Assembly: GCA_964230645.1 (NCBI GenBank)
Contig: CAXRHT010000002.1
Location: 1,824,001-1,888,000, forward strand
Length of the DNA: 64,000 bases
Origin: Bdellovibrionales bacterium
Lineage (GTDB): Bacteria > Bdellovibrionota > Bdellovibrionia > Bdellovibrionales > JAGQZY01
Direction: 5' to 3'
Part shown: in pieces, positions 56,621-64,000 of the stretch
Layout of the letters: every line of letters begins with the position of its first letter
Position numbering within the stretch: the first letter of the stretch is position 1
The notes under the pieces: generated by a model
The model's database searches: none
What the model saw: the letters and a program-made list of their open reading frames with translations, nothing else
Told to the model about the DNA's origin: nothing
Made by a program: the position numbers and the translations under genes

Positions 56621-58699
56621 CTAGCTACTTTCCTTCACATCACCACGAGCAAAAATACTAGCTACGTACTGAAGAACATCGGTGGCCGAAATCTCGTCAT
56701 AACCAAAATCTTTGATTAAGCGGGCCTTAACAATATCAATCTTTTCCTGAGTGGCTTTGTCCGCCTCAGAAGAAACCAGAGTGGTTAATTTGATGCTGTC
56801 TTTTTGGTCTTCAAATAGCTTCAGCTCAAGGGCTTTGTGAAGTCTTTCGTTCATGCGGTAATCAAAAGCTTTTCCTTCAAGAGAAAGAGCACCAATATAG
56901 TTCATGATCTCCCGTCTAAAATCATCTTTTCGAGATTCAGGGATATCGATTTTGGCTTCGATTGAACGCATGAGCCTTTCGTTAGGTTCCTCGTCCTGAC
57001 CGGTAAATGGATTACGAACTTTTTCTTTTTGGGTGTAAGCTTTTACATTATCGATATAATTTGAGCAAAGTCTTGAAAGAGAACTCTCATCAGCACTAAT
57101 CGCTCTTTGAACTTCAGATTTAATAATTTCTTCATACTCTTTACGAACCACATCGATCAACTCTCTGTACTCTGATTTTAAATCATCGTTTGAAAGAAGG
57201 GAGTGGTGTTTTAATCCTGACTCTAACTCGTTAAGAACCATAAATGGGTTCACGGAACCTCGATTCTGTTGAGCCTGAATAAGGGCATTTGAAATCTTAT
57301 CCTGAATATAACGAGGAGAAACTCCGTCTAAGCCTTCTCTTTGAGTCTCTTTACGAAGCTCTTTAATATTGTCTTCCGTGTAGTTGGGAAGAGTCTTACC
57401 GTTATAGAGCTTCATTTTTTGAAGACGTGTGAGATTGGCTTTTTTCGGCTTCTCAAGTCTTGTAAGGATAGACCACATGGCGGCAACCTCTGTGGTGTGA
57501 GGAGCAATACTGACCCCACGGATTTTCTTTTTATTAAAATCCTTTTCGTAAATCTTAATTTCCTCATCTAGCTTAGTGATGTAAGGAATATCAATTTTCA
57601 CAGTACGGTCACGAAGCGCTTCCATAAATTCGTTATTTTGCAAACGACGATACTCAGGCTCATTGGTGTGCCCAATGATTACTTCATCAATATGTGTTTG
57701 CGCGAATTTTTTAGGTTTCACTAGATGCTCTTGTGAAGCTCCTAGTAAATCGTAGAGGAAAGCCACATCAAGTTTTAACACCTCAACGAACTCAATCACA
57801 CCTCTATTGGCTACGTTGAATTCACCATCAAAATTAAAAGCCCTAGGGTCAGACTCAGAGCCATACTCAGCAATCTTACGATAGTTGATATCACCAGTAA
57901 GCTCAGTGCTATCTTGGTTCTTTTCATCCTTAGGTTGGAAAGTACCAATTCCGATACGATCGGCTTCACTAAGAATTAGTCTTTTCACACGAACATGAGA
58001 GAAAACTTTATCGATATCGCCATTGTATTTTTCCATTAGAGTTTTAAAGATAAATCTTGAAGGAGGTGATAACTCCCCTTCAATTTTTACACGAAACTCA
58101 TCTTTTGAGCCCTTGTTGAAAGACTCTTCAAATTTAGGTCTTAATTCTTTAGGAATCAACAGAAGTGGTTCTTCGTGCATGGGGCTTGAAAACACTTTAA
58201 CGTCTTTGCCAAACAACCCATCTAAAACTCCATCAGTATCGGTCCACTCAAAAGTGTATAAGGCGCCTTCATTTGTTTTTGAGTAAGCTTCAATTCCTTT
58301 TTTCAGTCTACGACAGATCGTCGATTTCGCACTCCCCACTGGGCCGTGAAGGAGTATTACACGTTTTTCTGTACCGTATCCAAGGGCAGCGGAGCGCAGT
58401 ACGTTGACTAATTTCATCAGTGAAATGTCTAGACCAAACACTCCATCTTGGCCGGCATTTTCAGCGTCATCAAAAAACTTATAACGAACAATCTTCTTTT
58501 TACAGTCGATGTACTCCTCGGTTCCGTAACCGATAATCATATCGTACATTCGTTGGTAAGCATTTCGAGTGACTCTTGGGTTTTCTTTTATCAGGTTTAT
58601 ATAGTCATCAAAGGTTCCGACCCAATTTCTATCCTTGAAGGTCTTTTCGTCGCCCCAGTCGCTAACGATTTCTTTGAATGAAAGATTTTTGTTTTCCAT
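56621..58699 (-). CDS. prkA: PrkA/YeaG family AAA+ serine protein kinase
   Basis: [33 protein letters not shown]. Confidence 0.93.
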   Translation of the reverse strand: MENKNLSFKEIVSDWGDEKTFKDRNWVGTFDDYINLIKENPRVTRNAYQRMYDMIIGYGTEEYIDCKKKIVRYKFFDDAENAGQDGVFGLDISLMKLVNVLRSAALGYGTEKRVILLHGPVGSAKSTICRRLKKGIEAYSKTNEGALYTFEWTDTDGVLDGLFGKDVKVFSSPMHEEPLLLIPKELRPKFEESFNKGSKDEFRVKIEGELSPPSRFIFKTLMEKYNGDIDKVFSHVRVKRLILSEADRIGIGTFQPKDEKNQDSTELTGDINYRKIAEYGSESDPRAFNFDGEFNVANRGVIEFVEVLKLDVAFLYDLLGASQEHLVKPKKFAQTHIDEVIIGHTNEPEYRRLQNNEFMEALRDRTVKIDIPYITKLDEEIKIYEKDFNKKKIRGVSIAPHTTEVAAMWSILTRLEKPKKANLTRLQKMKLYNGKTLPNYTEDNIKELRKETQREGLDGVSPRYIQDKISNALIQAQQNRGSVNPFMVLNELESGLKHHSLLSNDDLKSEYRELIDVVRKEYEEIIKSEVQRAISADESSLSRLCSNYIDNVKAYTQKEKVRNPFTGQDEEPNERLMRSIEAKIDIPESRKDDFRREIMNYIGALSLEGKAFDYRMNERLHKALELKLFEDQKDSIKLTTLVSSEADKATQEKIDIVKARLIKDFGYDEISATDVLQYVASIFARGDVKESS

Positions 58700-58842
58700 G
58701 AGTTTTCTCCTCGGCTTTGCCCTATCTCTATTATGCCGAATTATCCGATGACAAACAAGGATTGCACCGTGATTTCCGAATCATTTAAGGAGCTTGCAAA
58801 CAGGCTCTTAAATAAAGACACCGCAATAAGGAAAAAAGAAAA

Positions 58843-59451
58843 TTAAATTTTTATCGTTTTAAACTGAGACGAACGTAAGGGAGTAAAAAGTTTATCCTCG
58901 ACCTGGACCTTGGACCGGGTGAGGCGTATCTGCAGGGCTTTCGAGCCTCTATCGATTTCAATAAGTCGCTTATTTCTATCTTCATACTCTACTGAAAATC
59001 TAGTTTTATAGGCTTTAGATATGCAGCTCATAACTTGCTCTTTTTTATTGCACTGCCATTCAGTTCCTGGCGATCTAGGAGTACCAAGGAGGCTATAAAA
59101 AATTTTTGGGTCCAACGAAAGTTTTGTTAAGAATTCAAAAAGTTTTCGACCATCGTCGGATTGAAAATGCTTTCCTTCTAAAAAAAGCCAGAGATCATTG
59201 CTCTCTTGTTTTTTTAAAAAGGTTGCCACCGGTTGGTCAAAAACAGCGCTCACATTTACCCTCATTCGGTTGTTGGGTGAGTCACTGGCCCAAGTCACAT
59301 AGGCCCACTTTTTAAAGTCGGTGGTTTTATTTGTCATAAGGACTTTACCCTGCCAAATCCCCACATCAGTGGCCGGACCTTTGAAATCTTTTTTGCCGGT
59401 TGTACAGCTCGCTACAAAAAATAAAAGTAAAAGAGAGTAGAATATTTTCAT
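58843..59451 (-). CDS. Lipoprotein, possibly LolB-like
   Basis: Lipobox VASC; WQGK...; co-oriented downstream of TPR gene. Confidence 0.6.
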   Translation of the reverse strand: MKIFYSLLLLFFVASCTTGKKDFKGPATDVGIWQGKVLMTNKTTDFKKWAYVTWASDSPNNRMRVNVSAVFDQPVATFLKKQESNDLWLFLEGKHFQSDDGRKLFEFLTKLSLDPKIFYSLLGTPRSPGTEWQCNKKEQVMSCISKAYKTRFSVEYEDRNKRLIEIDRGSKALQIRLTRSKVQVEDKLFTPLRSSQFKTIKI

Positions 59452-59495
59452 TCCCTGACCCTAACTCTAATTCTTAGCAATTCCAAGAGGTTTAC

Positions 59496-59511
59496 TGGCA
59501 CTCTGATTGCA
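59496..59511 (+). promoter_or_regulatory. Canonical sigma54 promoter
   Basis: TGGCAC-TCTGA-TTGCA, 17 bp upstream of ATG 59528. Confidence 0.75.
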
Positions 59512-59527
59512 CATCTTATTGGTTATA

Positions 59528-60424
59528 ATGATCCGCCTTCCGCTTCGTTTAATTTTAGTGCCCCTTATCGTCTGTCTCGGCAATCAAAGCTTTTCTCAAA
59601 GCTTCTGTGCTCATTTATTTTACGAACCACCATTATATAGACATCTAAAACTTCACGACTCCAACTTTTGGAGTCTCCATTCAACCGACCATGCTCAGGA
59701 AATTCTGTGGGACATTCAACGCCAAGGAGAGCCTTCACAAGCCTTAAACTTGGAGTTAATGCTAAGACACTCCCTTGAAAAGCTCAGCGACCTTAAACAA
59801 ATCCCCGCCCACTGGGAATTGATATCAACAGATAGCAATCTCAATAATGTTTTTCTCGGGTCTATTGATGGCATCCCCGTAGTCGTTAAGTTTTCCGAGC
59901 GCTCTCATCAATACGAGGCGTTGGTAAGTCAAATAGCGACACTTCTTTCCATCCCTGTTCCATTCACTGTTTCTATTGAGGTCGGTGATAAACTTGGTGT
60001 GGCCCAAATTTATATGACGGGCTGGCAGTCTCTTGCGGACTCCGGCCCAATGACCACTCACAGAAATCTTCTTTTAGAGTTTTTTGATCGGGTGGTGGCT
60101 AATGGCGATATTAACAGAGGCAACGTTTTAGTTCGTGAGAACCCTCTTGATCAAGTTGGAATTGACTACGAATTTGCGTTTGAAGCAAGAGATCCCTATC
60201 AAATAATAGGGATGGGGCCCAATGCTTGGCTATTGGAAAACATCGTTGAACTCTCAGAGCAGTTCCCTGAAGCCTTTAGTAAACTTAGAGATCCTCTTGT
60301 TCGTGATAGGATCTATAATTTGGTTTTAAATTCAAAAATTGATCAGTCCGAACTCTTTGCTGAACATGTTCGGTTACAACTGCGGACCGTAGAAAATGTG
60401 GCCCGCTTGCTTGTTAGAGATTAA
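59528..60424 (+). CDS. Secreted PI3/PI4-kinase/HipA-like protein
   Basis: Signal peptide then CAHLF; VVKF..YEAL, FDRVVANGDINRGNVL, IDYEFAF. Confidence 0.7.
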   Translation: MIRLPLRLILVPLIVCLGNQSFSQSFCAHLFYEPPLYRHLKLHDSNFWSLHSTDHAQEILWDIQRQGEPSQALNLELMLRHSLEKLSDLKQIPAHWELISTDSNLNNVFLGSIDGIPVVVKFSERSHQYEALVSQIATLLSIPVPFTVSIEVGDKLGVAQIYMTGWQSLADSGPMTTHRNLLLEFFDRVVANGDINRGNVLVRENPLDQVGIDYEFAFEARDPYQIIGMGPNAWLLENIVELSEQFPEAFSKLRDPLVRDRIYNLVLNSKIDQSELFAEHVRLQLRTVENVARLLVRD

Positions 60425-62256
60425 TTTGAAGCTGGCGTTCGACCGCTTCCATTTGACTTTTCCGCCTGTAGCCGCACTTCAATGGACTCAATTTTGGATT
60501 GAATCTTTTTCTTCGTCTCATTGTTTTTCTCAAGAGAGGCGGCCTTTTTATACATTTCCTTAGCCTTGCGAGGCAGCTTTTGGCGAAAGTAAGCGTCACC
60601 CAAATGTTCGGCAATGATGGCCTCTTTGGATTCTTTTTGGAAAGCCTTCTCAAGAATGCGAATGGCTTCAGCCACGCGGTCTTGTTTAAATAGAACCCAA
60701 CCAAGAGTATCCATGATGTACCCATCACCTGGTTGAAGCTTTAAGGCTTTGCGCACCAACTCTTCGGCTGTTTTAAGGTTTTGAGTTCCATCCGCGTATA
60801 CATAGGCCAGGTAGTTAAGAGCTTGCACATGATTTTCATCAAGACCTAAAACCTTTTGCATATGTTCAACGGTTTTATCTTTTTTACCCAAACGATCGTA
60901 CACAGAGCCTAATTGGAAGTGAATTTGAATGTCTTCTGGGAATTTTTTAACCGCTGACTGTAAAACGTCTTCTGCTTCACTGACTTGATTATTCTCGTCC
61001 AGTAAAGAAGCATGCAAAATCCAGAATTTTGGCGAGTCCTTTTTATGTTTTAGCCCGGCCTTAACAGCGGCTATGGCCTCATCCATGTTCCCCATAAGCT
61101 TATGTAGGTAAGAGGTGTGCATGACACTGTCTTCGTAGTAACTACTTCCGAACTCGATTGATTCAAATTGCTGAATCGCCGCACGGTAGTTTTTGACCTC
61201 TTCGTAAAGAGCCCCTAGATAGAATCTCACCTTTTCAGACTCTGGGTATCTTTGTAAAATGCCTTCAAGTTTCTGTATGGCCGGATTGTATTTTTTCTGC
61301 TCGATCATGACTAGCGCAATTTTTAGGCTAATATTCAGGTTTTGATTATCGTACGACTCGACCACTTTGAGTTGCTCGATGGCCTCTGTGAGTTGGTCAT
61401 CATCTAAATAAATCTGAGCCAGTTTTTCTGCAATAACATGATCACTGCCGTTTTCACGTTGAAAATCATGATAAAGGTTTTTTAGTTTTTTACGTCGGTC
61501 TTGCTTTTCGTACACAGCACCAAGAGCTAAAACAACATCCACAGATTCTGGACGAAGCTTTAAGCTTGTCACAAAAGCCGATTCTGCATTTCGGTACTCA
61601 GGCTCAGGTTTTGAAGAGTAAACTCTTCCGAGATAGTACCAGGCTTGCGACTTATCTTTAATTTTGTCGTTCCGGACCATCTTGCGAAAATGATCGATGG
61701 ACTTTTTGAATTCCCCTTTTTCAGCATGAAGAGCTCCTATAAAAAGAGAGGTCTCCATATCATCTGGGTAAAAAGTCAGCGTTTTCTGATAAAGGTCCAA
61801 GGCTTGATCGTACATTTGCATGGCCGACATTAGGCCACCCAAGAGAAGTGCTGAATCTTTGTGCTTGGCATCGGTTTTCAAAGCTTCCTGACATTGGTTC
61901 ATGGCCTCGGTTATGAGCCCAAGTTTTACGTACTCAAGGGCGAGTCGGTAACGGATTTGAGGAGAGTTTTGATCATAAACTAAGGCCATCTTGTAATTTT
62001 CAACAGCTTTAGCGGAGTCATTTTTCAAACTATAGGATTCGGCCATAGTAAAGTGGTAGTCGGCCTTGGTATTCATATAGGTATCATCAACGGATTCCCC
62101 TTGCTGATCAGGGATACGCATATTGTCTGGAACCTCATTTTGAACATTGGCGGCTTGGCTAATAAAAGGGCTTTTACCGCCCCCCAAATGGGAACACCCA
62201 GACAGAAGTATAAGTGTACAGATTAACTGGGTTTTTTTGCCAAATATCATTTGCAC
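60421..62256 (-). CDS. Tetratricopeptide repeat lipoprotein
   Basis: Lipobox LSGC; many TPRs; ALNYLAY, DTLGWV, EHLGDAY. Confidence 0.9.
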   Translation of the reverse strand: MQMIFGKKTQLICTLILLSGCSHLGGGKSPFISQAANVQNEVPDNMRIPDQQGESVDDTYMNTKADYHFTMAESYSLKNDSAKAVENYKMALVYDQNSPQIRYRLALEYVKLGLITEAMNQCQEALKTDAKHKDSALLLGGLMSAMQMYDQALDLYQKTLTFYPDDMETSLFIGALHAEKGEFKKSIDHFRKMVRNDKIKDKSQAWYYLGRVYSSKPEPEYRNAESAFVTSLKLRPESVDVVLALGAVYEKQDRRKKLKNLYHDFQRENGSDHVIAEKLAQIYLDDDQLTEAIEQLKVVESYDNQNLNISLKIALVMIEQKKYNPAIQKLEGILQRYPESEKVRFYLGALYEEVKNYRAAIQQFESIEFGSSYYEDSVMHTSYLHKLMGNMDEAIAAVKAGLKHKKDSPKFWILHASLLDENNQVSEAEDVLQSAVKKFPEDIQIHFQLGSVYDRLGKKDKTVEHMQKVLGLDENHVQALNYLAYVYADGTQNLKTAEELVRKALKLQPGDGYIMDTLGWVLFKQDRVAEAIRILEKAFQKESKEAIIAEHLGDAYFRQKLPRKAKEMYKKAASLEKNNETKKKIQSKIESIEVRLQAEKSNGSGRTPASN

Positions 62257-62285
62257 TCCAAGAGTTGATCCTTTGTCTTAGGTTC

Positions 62286-62313
62286 CTATCGGTCGATAGG
62301 GGGGATCTCTTGA
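62286..62313 (-). promoter_or_regulatory. Sigma28-type promoter of TPR gene
   Basis: TCAAG-N15-ACCGATAG, same -10 and spacing as motA promoter. Confidence 0.6.
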
Positions 62314-62586
62314 AGGGCGCTCCAGTAAACTAGACCAGGGCTATAGGGCTAGGATTTGTTGCATTTCATTTTCAACTTGATGAAACATTCTTAAATTTAC
62401 TGTTAACTTAAAGTGTTGGAATTACATGGGTTTTGTATAATTTTTAAAACTCGCGTTATTTTCATTGATTATTAAATAATCAAAACACCCCTTCCTTGAC
62501 AAGCTGTGGCGGCCGGAATAGATTCCGACCGAACACAGCAACAATATTGAATGTTTAGCCATTCAACTGTCAATGGGAGGAAAACC

Positions 62587-63138
62587 TTGATTAGCTCAAA
62601 CCAAGACAACAGCAAGAAAGTTAAAATTATCAAGCGATACCAAAACAGAAAACTCTACGATACTCAGCAAAGTTGTTACGTTACATTAGACGACATTGCC
62701 AAAATGATCCGAGCTAACGAAGAAGTCATGGTTATCGACAACAAAACTAAAAACGACATCACAGCTGCGACTTTGACTCAAATCATCTTCGAATCTGAAA
62801 AGAAAGCCTCCCAGTATGCGCCTCTTTTCACTTTAAGAGAGATCATCCAACACGCTAATGGAAGTATCTCTAGCTACCTTGCTAAACTTGGTGCCTTCCC
62901 TAAAGAATACATTGTTAAATCCGCTCAACCCTCTACTTCTAGCAGCAAGTCCAGCAGTGACTCTGTTGTGGATAAAGCGGCTGAGTCTTATGACACAGTT
63001 AAACAATCCTTAGAAAATCGAGTGGCTCAGGCCGCCACAAGTGGAAGCGGGCAAGAGTTCACGGGAAAACTTCCTCAACAAGAGGAAACTCCAAGCCTTC
63101 CCAACCCTAATAAAAACTTTTTAAATACACAGCAGTAA
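62587..63138 (+). CDS. PhaR-type (PHA synthesis regulator) DNA-binding domain protein
   Basis: IIKRYQNRKLYDT..SCYVTL..I; TTG start after GGGAGG. Confidence 0.85.
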   Translation: MISSNQDNSKKVKIIKRYQNRKLYDTQQSCYVTLDDIAKMIRANEEVMVIDNKTKNDITAATLTQIIFESEKKASQYAPLFTLREIIQHANGSISSYLAKLGAFPKEYIVKSAQPSTSSSKSSSDSVVDKAAESYDTVKQSLENRVAQAATSGSGQEFTGKLPQQEETPSLPNPNKNFLNTQQ

Positions 63139-63184
63139 GCCTGCTAAAGATTTGAAAGCCATCGAGGGCTTTCTGGTTTGAGTT

Positions 63185-63219
63185 AAAAAAAGCCTGACGA
63201 AACTGTCAGGTTTTTTTTT
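63185..63219. terminator. Bidirectional intrinsic terminator
   Basis: A7-GCCTGAC-gaaact-GTCAGGT-T8. Confidence 0.85.
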
Positions 63220-63245
63220 GCCTATTGAACAGGAATCTTGCCGTC

Positions 63246-63998
63246 TTAGTAGGTGCGATCCGAGAGGAAGGTTTTGTGACCTTTTTTAATGGTAACAGTA
63301 TTATCGAAAATAACTTTCTCTCCAGCAGGGCCCTGAGCTTTGACCAAAACTTTATGCTCTCCCGGAGGGAGATTGAACTTCGCGATCTGAAAGCTATCCG
63401 GAAGGGTTGACCACTGTCGAAGGTCCGCTTGATCAGAGACATGCATTGCAATTAATGCGAGAGCTCCTAAGGCTTCATTTTTCTGTCTGATTTGGTCGGC
63501 CACCACTTCTTTTGCAACAAATCCTATAATTTTTTTTGCCACAAGATAGTTGTAATCATTATCAAGCGTTCGGATCGCCTCAGCTCCAATATTGTAAAAA
63601 AGCTTAGTGGTCTTTTTTTCCTTCCCATCAATTTCAACTACAGCCTGATCGAACTGACTGTAATGAGGAACGAGATGGGGAAAACGATAGTTTCCCGGAC
63701 GAGGTCTTTTTCTGGGAATCCAGCCCTGCTGGTAAATAAAAACCAGCTCTCCTCCCGAGCGGGTTTCTTTTTTTATTTCAGACAAATTGTACTGTGGATA
63801 CTTACCCTGCCATTTTTTGAGCTCATCGTAGCGTCTTGCCCTCCAAGCCGCTCGAATAAGATCCTTACCAATGCCACTTAAGTCAGACTTAATATTGTAG
63901 GCATTTTTATAATCAATATAGGCCGAGTCCCATTTTCCTTGGGCTTCCCAGATCATGGCTGATAGATATCGAGCAAATAGACTTTTTCTTTCGTCTTC
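63246..63998 (-). CDS. COG3014-like protein (5'-truncated by window)
   Basis: AYIDYKNAY, ADLRQWSTLP, LPPGEH motifs. Confidence 0.75.
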   Translation of the reverse strand, partial: EDERKSLFARYLSAMIWEAQGKWDSAYIDYKNAYNIKSDLSGIGKDLIRAAWRARRYDELKKWQGKYPQYNLSEIKKETRSGGELVFIYQQGWIPRKRPRPGNYRFPHLVPHYSQFDQAVVEIDGKEKKTTKLFYNIGAEAIRTLDNDYNYLVAKKIIGFVAKEVVADQIRQKNEALGALALIAMHVSDQADLRQWSTLPDSFQIAKFNLPPGEHKVLVKAQGPAGEKVIFDNTVTIKKGHKTFLSDRTY

Positions 63999-64000
63999 AT

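Overview
A 64-kb window of moderately AT-rich bacterial chromosome. Gene content and protein style suggest Bdellovibrionota or a related predatory lineage; this is inference, not a database result. Core genes: metH 3' end, nth, a pomAB/motAB-like stator pair, cinA, an aldehyde dehydrogenase, tRNA-Ser(GGA), SulP, FAH/maiA, a caa3-type cytochrome c oxidase cluster with ctaA/ctaB/SCO, secA, trmL, glnB-glnA, prkA-yeaH-spoVR and a TPR protein. Many orphan secreted proteins lie between them. The most striking unexplained structure is a non-coding module present three times (6909-7161, 9237-9489, 10382-10633). Each copy has two spacing-conserved upstream boxes, a sigma54-type -24/-12 promoter, a ~105-nt near-identical C-rich transcript with repeated AUCCCC/ACCCC motifs, and an intrinsic terminator. 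I read this as a candidate redundant sigma54-dependent sRNA family. Several secreted-protein genes in the window have complementary GGGGA(U)/GGGGU ribosome-binding sites and sigma54 promoters. Other candidates: a signal-peptide protein with HNH-associated-like repeats and a sigma70-region-4-like tail between copies 1 and 2; a secreted PI3/4-kinase/HipA-like protein sharing a post-signal CxxxF motif with it; three secreted proteins ending in an EE(S/T)IVVN tail; a RAYT transposase bounded by 19-bp inverted repeats; and a structured glnA 3' UTR. All calls are by eye, with no searches run.
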